From Squalus acanthias (lineage: Eukaryota): a DNA stretch of 64,000 nt. The notes under the pieces were generated by a model. The model was not told where the DNA came from. It ran no database searches and saw only the letters and a program-made list of their open reading frames with translations. A program made the translations under genes and the position numbers. The DNA lies in contig CM059432.1 of assembly GCA_030390025.1 (NCBI GenBank), positions 130,140,001 to 130,204,000 of the forward strand, given 5' to 3'. Shown here one piece after another: positions 11,415-22,208 of the stretch (within the stretch, counting starts at the first letter, position 1; the number at the start of each line of letters is the position of its first letter).

Positions 11415-11655
11415 TGTTGAGGCTGCCGCGAAACACGAATTAAGGCTGAATCCATGTGCGGAAAACAAGAGACCTTTTTAATACAACTGCATGGTACAAA
11501 ATGGCTGAACAGCAAGCCCCCAGAATTCTCTGGAAAAAGCCTGAGGCCCCGCCCACTCCTGCCTTAAAGGTAAGGTGCCTTAAAGGGAAGGTGCTCGATA
11601 TTTTGGCCACGGACGGAAGAGTGGATTATGCCCGTTTAGGTGGTGATCTGCCACA
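11415..11655 (-). repeat. 5' LTR of the Gypsy element
   Basis: Direct repeat of 7523-7763. Confidence 0.95.
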
Positions 11656-11908
11656 TTACGACAAGAAAATTAAAAAGCAAGAAAATAGGAGAGGCCTTTC
11701 GGCCCATCACTCCCACTCCTTCCACTGTCAGGCACAAGCCATTCTTTCATGGACTCCACTATTCTACCTTTTTAATCTCCGAATGGAATGCTCGTTATAA
11801 ATAGTCCCTGACCACCACACCCCCCACCCCTCCAAGACAATCAGGGAAAATTCTAGACTATCCATCTGTTCCCATGGCTCAAATTTCTCTTCCACAGTCA
11901 ACACTTCA

Positions 11909-14298
11909 TTTTGTTTTATTCATTCATGAGATGGGCGCCACTGGCAAGGCCAGCATTTATTGCCCATCCCGAGTTGCCTTTGAGAAGGTGGTGCTGAGCC
12001 GCCTTCTTGAACCGCTGCAGTCCGTGTGGTGAAGGTGCTCCCACAGTGCTGTTAGGGAGGGAGTTCCAGGATTTTGACCCAGCGACAATGAAGGATCGCG
12101 ATATACTTCTCTGTCAGGATGGTGTGTGACTTGGAGGGGAACTTGGAGGTGGTGGTGTTCCCATGCGTCTGCTGCCCTTGTCCTTCTAGGTGGTAGAGGT
12201 CGTGGGTTTGGGAGGTGCTGCCGAAGAAGCCTTGGTGAGTTGCTGCAGTGCATCTTGTAGATGGTACACACTGCAGCCACGGTATGCCGGTGGTGGAGGG
12301 AGTGAATGTTTAAGGTGGTGGATGGGGTGCCAATCAAACGGGCTGCTTTGTCCTGGATGGTGTCGAGCTTCTTGAGTGTTATTGGAGCTGCACTCATCCA
12401 GGCAAGTGGAGAGTATTCCATCACACTCCTTACTTGTGCCTTGTAGATGGTGGAAAGGCTTTGGGGAGTCAGGAGGTGAAACACTTGCCGCAGAATACCC
12501 AGCCTCTGACTTGTTCTTGTTGCCACAGTATTTATGTGGTTGGTCCAGTTAAGTTTCTGGTCAATGGTGACCCCCAGGATGTTGATGGTGGGGGATTCGG
12601 CGATGGTAATGCCGTTGAATGTCAAGGGGCGGTGGTTAGATGCTTGCTTGTTGGAGATAATCATTGCCTGGCACTTGTGTGACGCGAATGTTACCTGCCA
12701 CTTATCAGTCCAAGCCTGATTGTCATCCAGCTCTTGCTGCATGTGGGCATCGACTGCTTTATTATCTGAGGAGCTGCGAATGGCACTGAACACTGTGCAG
12801 TTATCTGCGAACATCCCCATTTCTGACCTTATGATGGAGGGAAGGTCATTGATGAAACAGCTGAAGATGGTTGGGCCTAGGACACTGCCCTGAGGAACTC
12901 CTGCAGTGATGTCCTGGGGCTGTGATGATTGACCTTCATCCACCACAACCACCTTCCTTTGCGCTAGGCATGACTCCAGCCAGTGGAGAGTTCTCCCCCC
13001 GATTCCCATTGATATCAGTTTTACATGGGCTCCTTGATGCCACACTCGGTCAAATGCTGCCTTGATGTCAAGGGCAGCCACTCACACCTCACCTCTGGAA
13101 TTCAGCTCTTTTGTCCATGTCTAGACCAAGGCTGTAATGAGGTCTGGAGCCGAGTGGTCTTGGCGGAACCCAAACTGGGCATCAGTGAGCCGGTTATTGA
13201 TGAGTAAGTGTCGCTTGATAGCACTGTCGACGACACCTTCCATCACTTTGCTAATGATTGAGAGTAGACTGACGGGGCATTAATTGGCCGGATTGGATTT
13301 GTTCTGCTTTTTGTGGACAGGACATACCTGGGCAGTTTTCCACATTGTCGGATAGATTCCAATGTTATAGCTGTACTGGAACAGCTTGGCTAGAGACGCG
13401 GCTAGTTCTGGAGCACAAGTCTTCAGCATGATAGCCGGGATGTTGTCAGGGCCCATAGCCTTTGCTGTATCCAGTGCAATCAGCCATTTCTTGATATCAC
13501 TGGAGTGAATCGAATTGGCTGAAGACTGGCTTCTGTGATGGTGGGGACCTCAGGAGGAGGCCGATATGGATCATCCACTCGGCACTTCTGGCTGAAGTTG
13601 GTTGCAAACGCTTCAGCCTTGTTTTTTGCACTCACGTGCTGGGCTCCACCATCATTGAGGATGGGGATATTCATGGAGCCTCCCCCTCCCGTTAGTTGTT
13701 TAATGGTCCACCACCATTCACAATTGGATGTGGCAGGACTGCAGAGCTTTGATCTGATCCGTTAATTGTGGGATCGCTTAGCTCTGTCTATAGCATGCTG
13801 CTTCTGCTTTTTAGCATGCATGTAGTCCTGTGTTGCAGCTTCCCCAGGTTGGCACCACATTTTTATGTACGCCTGGTGCTGCTCCTGGCATGCTCTGATA
13901 CACTCTTTATTGAACCAGGGTTGGTCTCCTGGCTTGATGGTAATGGTAGAGTGAGGGATATACCAGGCCATGAGGCTGCAGATTGTGGTGGAATACAGTT
14001 CTGCTGCTGCTGATGGCCCACAGCGCCTCATGGATGTCCAGTTTTGAGCTGCTTGGTCTGTTCTGAATCTATCCCATTTAGCACGGTGGTAGTGTCACAC
14101 AACACGATGGAGGGTGTCCTCAGTGTGAAGACGGGACTTCGTCTCCCCAATGACTGTGCGGTGGTCACTGCTACCAATGCTGTCATGGGCAGATGCATCT
14201 GCGACAGCTAGATTGGTGAGGACGATGTCAAGTAGGTTTTTCCCTCATGTTGGTTCTCTCACCATCTGTCGCAGGCCCAGACTGGCAGCGACGTCCTT
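11909..14298 (-). mobile_element. 5'-truncated APE-RT LINE (CR1/L2 group; same family as 21920, 48967 and 54480)
   Basis: ORF 11957-13081 has RT motifs (ALDIKAAFDRVWH, GVPQGSVLGP, FADN for FADD). Upstream linker and endonuclease remnants are present, with an A-rich tail near 11909. Confidence 0.88.
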
Positions 14299-14630
14299 CT
14301 CTCCCATTGATTCTATTAGCACGGGACCCATTTTCATATAACCACAAATCCTGGGCCCACCAAATATTTATCCAGTTCCATTGTGAAGGAATTAATCAAC
14401 ACAGCATCAGCTGCTTTCGCTTTGTTACACACCCATTAAATTACGGTTCCTTTCCCTTTCATTCTGTCTCGGTACTTTATACAGAGATCTTTATACAGTT
14501 AAGCTTCTTAGGCAACAAAGTGATTTCTACTGCCATCCCTTAGAACAAATCGTTGGCCTTTCTAATTTGGTTTGTGGGTTTCTGAAGAATGTGGTGGAAA
14601 ACATCACAAAGTGAAAAGTGTAGAAAAAAC

Positions 14631-15010
14631 AGCCCAGAAATTCGGGAGCGCCCATTACTGGGCGCGTGGTGGGGGGCACAGGGTGCAATCCCTATGCCAG
14701 AATGGAGAGCTCCAAGGAACCCTGGATATTGGGCCATCTGATGTCATTAACATGAAGCCACTGTGGTGGGAGGAGCCCTCCAGTGAAGTCTGCAGGAAGA
14801 TCAGCTGGGTGCTAGCGTCACAGAGACCCTCAGATGAGTGAAGGCGGGGGAGCAGCGGAGGCCGGGGAGGGATGAGTGACCTGGGGTAGGGGAGTGGTGA
14901 TCACAGGGGGAGAGCTTGGGGGTTGGGCCTCAGGAAGGAGATTGCGAACTTCAAGGGAGAGTGATCGCAGGCCTCGGCGGGAGATCATGGGCCTCATGGG
15001 GGGGAGATTG
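14631..15010. mobile_element. Truncated Harbinger-type non-autonomous element (related to 51377-52079)
   Basis: Starts AGCCCAGAAATTCGGG, and the following sequence resembles the reverse complement of about 51900-52079. Confidence 0.5.
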
Positions 15011-15794
15011 GGGGGAGAACTTGGATAAGATCTGATAATGGGTGCATGGATTGCGGTGCACAATTAACCTGCGCCTGTTCATTGCAATGCAGGTGGCAAG
15101 TTAAATTTGTGCTGCCTGCTGTTTTAAATGATTGCTACGTGCAGCCAGCACTACCCGCGCTGTTCATTGGCTGCACGCATCAGCAGGGGGCCCAATATCG
15201 CAGGTGGCTAACCCTACTTAAAGGCAGCCTGCACCTCTTAAAGGGGAGGTGCATTGTGGCTGCAGGAAATGGGGCAGTCATTCGTGAACTGAATCTGTGC
15301 TGTGAAAGATTGAAGAACGGCTGGGGGAAAGGATAGAACAGGTGCCAGCTCATCAGAGTGTGAGGTCATAGACTAGTTCCTCTGTAGAGGACTCAGACGA
15401 GGATTTCAATGGGCCAGGCTACAGAAGAAGGCTGATGGGTGTACACATCCAAATGCTTGGTGGACTGGAAAGCCTGTCAGAAAGCCTGTGCTCAATGTCA
15501 AAGAGCATGGAGAGTCCAGCACCAACTTGGCACAAGTCTTTGCGCAGAGCTTGGAGCCCATCCTTTCCATAATGGAACGAGTGGTCACCTCAATCATCAC
15601 ACCTGTGGAACCCAGCATGATGCAGCTTCTAATGGCCGATGTCTCAGCTTCCATTGCAGCATAAGCAGCTTCCACCAAAGGTCTGAGTGCTGCAGTGGAA
15701 GCTCAGGCTGCTGCCATCATGGCTTTGGATACCAGAGTTCAAAGGGGCTTCCAGGGTATCACAGCAGTCCAGCAATTTGTTCTTCAACAGGTTA

Positions 15795-16209
15795 CAGGAA
15801 ACTCTCGTTTAAACGGCACCTAAATATCGGGAATTCTCTATTAACCGGCAAAATTCAGGAGTAGGTTCAGCTAAGTTCTATTGTATTTAGTGGCCATGTA
15901 ACCTGGGACTCCTGCACAAGTGGCCGTGTAACCGGGGCTCCTGCACAAGTGGCCGTGTAACCGGGACTCCTGCACAAGTGGCCGTGTAACCGGGACTCCT
16001 GCACTTGTGGCTGTGTAACCGGGGCTCCTGCACTTGTGGCCGTGTAACCGGGGCTCCTGCACTTGTGGCCGTGTAACCGGGGCTCCTGCACTTGTGGCTG
16101 TGTAACGGGGCTCTCGTACCTTGGTAGGTATACATCTCCGTTATCCGGAATTTTTAATAAACCGGCACCATCCAGGTCCCGTAAGTGCCGGATACCAAAG
16201 AGTTTCCTG
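15795..16209. mobile_element. Tc1/mariner (Tigger/pogo-like) MITE nested in Harbinger C
   Basis: TA TSD (15793-94, 16210-11), with ~25-bp TIRs CAGGAAACTCTCGTTTAAACGGCAC and GTGCCGGATACCAAAGAGTTTCCTG. The host sequence rejoins across it. Confidence 0.85.
15890..16112. repeat. 29-bp minisatellite, about 7.7 units
   Basis: Unit GTGGCCGTGTAACCGGGRCTCCTGCACWW, repeated head-to-tail with no spacers. Confidence 0.95.
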
Positions 16210-17253
16210 TACTAGGATTGCTGAGGCAGCGACTTGGGGGAGAGGCAGTGTCTCCATGGAGCGCAAGCCTGCTGTCCTCTCTCAGGATGACAGCATTCAT
16301 CCTCCCACTCCACCAGTGCTCTTGCTGTTGCCTGTCAGCCAGCCAGCCCAGACTGCTGCTGCCCATGCCATGATGGTGCAGTCTGAAGCCAGACCTTCTA
16401 CATCCAGGGCTGCTTGAGGTCACCCTCCAAGGCCATCTCCACTGAAAGTCAGCAGCCTTCCACCAGCCATGCTGCAGCCACTGGGGTAGCACTGCGTAGG
16501 AGCACTCGGACAAGCAAAGGCACACGAAGACAGGCACTAAGGGAATGCACAAGGGTGATTAGTTTAAGTTTGTATGCAATATAGCATGATTTAATTTATA
16601 AATTGGGTCTGGAATGTGTATTTTGTGTTGGCTTTTATTTTTGCATTGTGACCAAGAGGACGCTGTGATGGTCAGTGACAGAGGGAAGGTAAGGTTTGGG
16701 ACTGTTGGTGAATGGGGAATTGGGGTTGAGGTTACTTGTATTGCACTTGAATTAGTTCTTCATATACAGCCCGGGCAGAAAGGGGCTGTTTAGGTTGTAG
16801 CCTCCATTCCTCTTACTCCTTTTCTGCCTCCTCCTCCTCTTCCACGTTCTCCTCTTCCTCTTCCTCCTCATGCTCCTGCTCCTCAGCTTCTCGCCTGAAA
16901 GGTGGCGGCAAGAGCTGTCCCCTCATGCTGGCAAGGTTGTGCAGCATGCAGCATCCCACCACGAGTCTTGAGACCCGTTCAGCCGGTTACTGCAGGGCTC
17001 CTCCAGAGCGATCCAGGCAGCGGAATCGTTGCTTCAGCACGCCAATGGTCTGCTCTATCACATTTCTTGTGGCAGCATGGCTCTCAATGTATGCATGCTG
17101 CGCACGTGTACGTGGGCTGCGAACCGGAGTCATGGGCCAAGTCGTCAGCGGAGTTGCCCAGTAGCCACCCTTTGGTTTGCCGTGGTGGCTGAAATACAGC
17201 TGGCACTGCAGGCTGCCGTAGAATGAAGTTATCATGACTGCCACCAGGATACC

Positions 17254-17477
17254 AGTGAGAAGTCGCACAACACCAGGTTATAGTCCAACAGTTTTATTTG
17301 AAATCACAAGCTTTCGGAGCTGCTGCTCCTTCGTCAGGTGAAGTCCACTTCACCTGACGAAGGAGCAGCAGCTCCGAAAGCTTGTGATTTCAAATAAAAC
17401 TGTTGGACTATAACCTGGTGTTGTGCGACTTCTCACTTTTGTCCACCCCAGTCCAACACCGGCATCTCCGCATCATG
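17254..17477. mobile_element. Penelope-like element terminal-repeat (pLTR) fold-back insertion
   Basis: Perfect 91-bp inverted repeat (17254-17344 / 17347-17437) plus a ~40-nt tail. Flanked by duplicated ACCAGGATACCAG (17243-55, 17478-90). Same sequence family as 62297-62382. Confidence 0.9.
17350..17387 (+). ncRNA. Minimal type I hammerhead ribozyme motif (mirror copy on the minus strand at 17304-17341)
   Basis: TCAC-CTGACGA-A-GGAGC-AGCA-GCTCC-GAAA-GC-TT-GTGA. This gives the CUGANGA and GAAA core boxes, a stem II hairpin, a palindromic AGCT stem III and a TCAC/GTGA stem I. Confidence 0.75.
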
Positions 17478-18597
17478 ACCAGGATACCAGGCATTGACCT
17501 GCATAATGCGCTGCCGATGGTCACACACCAGCTGCACGTTGAGGGAGTGGAATCCCTTTCGGTTACAATACATGGCAGAGTTGACATGCGGCACCCACAA
17601 AGCAATGTGCATGCAGTCAATGGCACCCTGCACCATGGGGAAGACTGCAAACCTTGCAAACAGTCGTGCTCGCTCCGCTTGCTTGTCTCTGGCAAGAGAG
17701 AATGAAATGAAGTTATCTCTCTTTGAATAGAGCCTCAGTGACCTCTCTTATGCAACCGTGCACTGCAAACTGCAAGAAGTTGCTAATATCTCCAACAGCA
17801 GCCTGGAAGGAGATAGACACATAAAAGTTCATAGCCAAGGTCACCTTCACACCCACTGGCACTGCGGTCCTTGCCCTGCTCTGTGTTGTAGTTGTGGCTG
17901 GCGCAGTTGGCAGATTTCAGTGACGACCTCCTTAGTGAAGCGCAGACGTCACAAACATTGGTTGTTGCTGGAACTCAGGTAGGAGAATTTCTGCCTGAAC
18001 ACCCTGGGCGGATATGGCCACCTGCTGAGAGCCCTTTTCCTCCTCCTCCTCCTCCCACTTCTAGCAGCTTGTCCTGCTCTGCGTGGCCTCTGCTCATTCT
18101 CCCAGTCATGCTCAATTCCAAGAGGAAGGCCTACTAGTGCACCCATGTCTGGGAGCAACTGGTTTGTGCAGAAGCCTTGAAGTCAGCAAAAACTCCTTCA
18201 GCACCTGCCAGACCACTCCCTGTAGACTTTTGAAACTTAAAACTACTATGGAAAGGACCAAAAATGTCCAGAATCGTAGCAACAGCCAGAAGAAATCAAC
18301 CAGCAACTAACCTGTAAGTAGTTGATGATCTGTTTAAACAGCACTGGTGGGGGGTCCTTCATGCTGCTTAACGCATGTTCAACTGTGCGAGGTTAAGAGA
18401 GGGCATCGACTGGAGTGCGGAACTCCAAAATGGCAGCGCTGCGTCAAATCAGCGTTGTACGCTAATTTGACATCATGATCAGCCTGCTCTGCATACTTCC
18501 GGCGGATGTTAACTACACTCAAAAAACGGGCGATGCCGAGCCCAATTTCTCGCCCCAGGTCTTCAGCACTACAGCCAGAATATTGTCAGGGCCCTTA

Positions 18598-19382
18598 GGC
18601 CTACTATTCCGATAAGACCCGTAAACATGCGGTGCCACCACAGGGAAGGTTTGCTCGTGCCCGTAAAAAGATCGCAGGCAGCACCGGAACTTGGAGCTGC
18701 CTGCTAATTATCATTATTGTGGCGTTCAGCCCAGCGCTGAATGCGCTGAATGGCTGAACGCCCAGCAAGGACTCTGAGGTAGGTCAGGATTCGGGGCCAG
18801 GATCGGGGGGAGGACGTGGCCAGGATTGGCGGGGGTAGGTCGGGACTCGGGGCTGGCATTGGGGAGGAATGTGGCCAGGATCAGTGGGGGGGGAGGTCGT
18901 GACTCGGGGCCAGGATCAGGAGGGAGGTCGGGGCCAGCATCGGCGGGGAGGTGGGGGCCAGGATTGGTGGGTAATCAGAGAGGGCCTGGAGGTCAGGGCC
19001 AGGATTGGTGGGAGATCAGAGAGGGCCTGGGGTTCAGAGTCGGGAGTGACGTCGGAGATGATAATGGTAAGTACTTACCTTTTTTTCATTCGGCGCTGTT
19101 TAATGTTTGTTTTCCCAGGAGTAAACATCGCTGGCGCTGGCTGCCTCAGATGCAAGCCAAATTTGCAAGAGGGAGCAGAAGCAGACGTTAGGCCCCTTAT
19201 TTTAATATGTTAGTAGCCAAACACCTGCTTCAGACAAAGCTAAACAACGCCTCTTTTTTTGCCCTCACCAATATGGCGTCCGGCGCGGCCCACACCAGAA
19301 GTGGGCGGAAGCGAGGCGGACGCCATTTTTTTCCACAAAATCCGCCTTAACAGCCGGCGCTAAGGTGCTAAATTTCAGGCCC
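18598..19382. mobile_element. Harbinger-type non-autonomous element inserted in a short LINE fragment
   Basis: Right end AATTTCAGGCCC. The flanks (gtcagggccc... / atagtctttgct) rejoin into the LINE sequence seen at about 13445-13470. The interior is G-rich and low in complexity. Confidence 0.6.
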
Positions 19383-19701
19383 ATAGTCTTTGCTATGTTC
19401 AGTGCACTCAATGTCACATGGAGTGAAAGATAAATATATTTATAGAACATTATTAATTTCCTTGTCACTTAAATTGTGACAAATGTACCATACACACAAA
19501 TAACAGCTTTTGACATTAGTAAGACTGAAGGGCAATGAAAGGTTAGCTGTGCATCTTAAGTGACCGGCATTCTACTTAATCTGAGAGTACTGAATGCTTG
19601 AGGCAGTTTCTGGAATACTGGCTGCAGAGTGGAAAATGTAAAATTTCTCTAAAAGGTCACCTCACACCTTGATGAAGTCACATTTATAATTTTTTTTAAA
19701 C

Positions 19702-19915
19702 TAAAAACAGAAAATGCTGGAAATACTCAGCAGGTCAGGCAGCATCTGTGGAGAGAGAGAAACAGAGTTAACGTTTCAGGTCGACGACCTTTCATCAGAA
19801 CGTTCTGAAACGTTAACTCTGTTTCTCTCTCCACAGATGCTGCCTGACCTGCTGAGTATTTCCAGCACTTTCTGGTTTTATTTCAGATTTCCAGCACCTG
19901 CGGTATTTTGTTTTT
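19702..19915. mobile_element. Second Penelope-derived fold-back element (different family)
   Basis: Inverted arms centred at 19801/19802 (AAATGCTGGAAATACTCAGCAGGTCAGGCAGCATCTGTGGAG... and its reverse complement), plus a right-hand tail. Confidence 0.8.
19767..19801 (-). ncRNA. Minimal hammerhead ribozyme motif
   Basis: Minus strand GTT-CTGATGA-A-AGGTC-GTC-GACCT-GAAA-CG-TT-AAC, the same architecture as 17350-17387. Confidence 0.75.
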
Positions 19916-19954
19916 GTTATAACTTTTTTATTTATCAACACAGCTTTGATGAGA

Positions 19955-21856
19955 GACTGGTGGGAGCCCCTGAGAAATGACGTAGCCAGCTCTTCATGCC
20001 ATTTCTCTCGTTGGCTTCTGCGAGTGTCCCACCGATTTCGCAAGCCGTGGCGAGATCGGTGCGGCCGGAGCAGACAGCGGCCGCAAACTCCGCAGCCGTC
20101 TTCATCCCGCCTCCTCCGAGTGATTTTCCCCTGATTGGGCTTGTTAAGCCCACCCCGCGAGGTTCCCAGCCAATTAAAAGGAAGCGGGTCTGATGACATC
20201 ATCTGATGATGACGTCATCTGATGACGCCATCAGCCGGTTTCCTTAAAGGGACCATGTCCAAATTGATTTTGACAGTTCTGCTGTCAGTGTTCTACAGCA
20301 TTGAGATGCTGCAAACACTGACAAGCACTGCACAGAGGTGCAGCACTGCACAGAGGTGCAGCACTGCACCCAGGCTCTCCCATGACTCCCTCCATATGCT
20401 TATGGAGGGAGTCACAGCACACAGGGAGGTTCTCTTCCCTTCCAATGGGCGGAAGAGACCTCCCCAGGGCACCAACGCAGCCTGGTTGCACATTGCACAG
20501 GAGGACACAAGCAGGGATGTCGTTAGGAGTACCTGGCTGCAGTGGTGCAAACCTTTCAATGATCTCAGTAGATCACGAAATGTTACTACAAAGCCACACT
20601 CAACCTCATCCTGCTGTGCCACTCATCACATCCCCATCACTCTGCCTTCCCTACCCTACTCCTGCACATCCTTACTCACACCAACTTACCTTGCACCTCC
20701 ACCCATCCTTCTCTATCTACATTATCACTTCCCCTCTCACTAGCCACCCCTCACACTCAGCCTCATCATTGTCCAATCATACCAACTAAAAACACACAAG
20801 GGCAGGCATTGGATGTTTTCACCAATGGTTGTGTGAACTTTCTGTTAATGTGTTGTCAAGCATTGAAATCCTTATTGTCACCACTTTGCCTTCTTGGATA
20901 GATTTGTGTGCACCTTTGAAAGTGTGTTAGTGAGTTGCAGTGAATGGTGAGACATAACATCCCCCCACCCCACCCCCCAATGGTGATGAGTGTGTAAGGA
21001 ATGCCTTGGACATTGTAGGGATGCTTTATGGTGCTGGTGTGGGGTGGTGCCAACCTGGTGCACCATGTGGCAGCCAGGGTGTACAGTGTTAAGTGAAGCT
21101 AATCTGGACATGGTGAGTCCATCTCTGGCGTCCCAGGCAACAATGTGCACGGGTGATGATGCCCTGTGTCCAGGGCAGCATCATTGGATTGCGGAGAAGG
21201 TTGGTGTGGATGTTGGTGCTACTGGTGTGCCTGGTGATGCTGGTGCTGGGGCTGATAGTTTTGGGATTCTGAGGACCAAGATGAGATTTTTTCAAGAGCA
21301 CCAATGCTGATGAAATAGATGGCAGGTGAGGTTGAGATGACCGAAGTAATCTGTCATTGTTGAGATAGGTTGTTCCAAGGAGATGACAGTGGATAGAGAG
21401 ATTACTCCAAACACTTCAAAAGTGCATAAAGCTCAAAAGTGGGTTCTAAATACTGAAGGCTGAAGCTTCTGAGATTGGAAACTGACCAGCTGTAAAATGG
21501 CAGGTTTTAAACCACTTTTGCAGCTGTCACCTATTGAAAGAAATGGAGAGTTGTTCAGAACCCGATATACTTACCTGTCGTGATCCCCGAGTGACGGGAA
21601 CCTCATGGAAAACTTGGCAAAATGCTTTGGAACTGGGAAAATGGGGATTTAATTACTTGAAACACCCTCCTAACAAGCAACAATCGAATGACCCACTGCT
21701 TAGTGCCGTGTCTACAAAGCGCAGGCAGAAACGGCACTTGGGAAACTGACAAGGAAGCGGGTTCAGAGCGGGATACCGGCCCGCTGTCAATCTTTTTGAT
21801 TTCGACAGCGGACCCACCTCCAAACCTGCCCTCTGAGTGCTGGCAAAATTCAGCCC
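19955..21856 (+). mobile_element. Non-autonomous Harbinger derivative retaining a Myb/SANT exon (about 20345-20581)
   Basis: ORF 20222-20743 includes APRLSHDSLHMLMEGVTAHREVLFP...AWLHIA...TWLQWCKPFNDLSR. Right end AAAATTCAGCCC (21845-21856). The left boundary is uncertain. Confidence 0.65.
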
Positions 21857-21919
21857 ATAGTGTGAGATCGGGAGAATCCCTGTGGAATTTCTGGACCACT
21901 CAGTTAGATGTTGATTGAT

Positions 21920-22208
21920 TGATGACAGCACCTCCCAAACCCATGACAAGAGCAGCAGTGTATGGGGACACCACCACCTCCGAGTCACACACCATCCTGA
22001 CTTGGACGCATAATTGTCATTCCTTCATTGACGCTGGGTCAAAATCCTGGAACGCCTTACCTAACAGCACTGTGGGAACACCTTCACCACACAGACAGCA
22101 GCGGTTCAAGGAGAAAGCCCACCACCACCTTCTCAGGGCAATTAGGTATGGGCAATACACGCCAGCCTTGCTAGTGACGCCCACATCCCGAGATTGAAGT
22201 TAAAAAAA
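21920..22208 (+). mobile_element. LINE 3' fragment (family of 11909-14298)
   Basis: gctgggtcaaaatcctggaac...ccaccaccttctcagggcaattagg...A-tail. Confidence 0.8.

Larger units (their letters stand above)
7523..11655 (-). mobile_element. Ty3/Gypsy LTR retrotransposon, CsRn1-like, complete provirus with internal lesions
   Basis: Two 241-bp TG...CA LTRs, 4-bp TSD TTAC (7519-7522, 11656-11659), PBS, PPT, and domain order gag-PR-RT-RH-IN. Confidence 0.95.
15011..18555. mobile_element. Harbinger copy C (same family as A; Myb exons 1-2 deleted)
   Basis: Ends are GGGGGAGAACTT and AATTTCTCGCCC. Collinear with A, but near 15322 it jumps from the Myb start region into exon 3. Transposase remnants on the minus strand at about 16730-18150 (VQGAIDCMHIAL, NRKGFHSLNVQLVCDH, IEQTIGVLKQRFRCLD). 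The flanks (TTG / CAG) do not form a TSD. Confidence 0.85.

Noticed and set aside
15890..16112. 29-bp repeat array as a CRISPR array
   Set aside because: The units are contiguous with no unique spacers, the array lies inside a MITE, the context is eukaryotic, and there are no cas genes.
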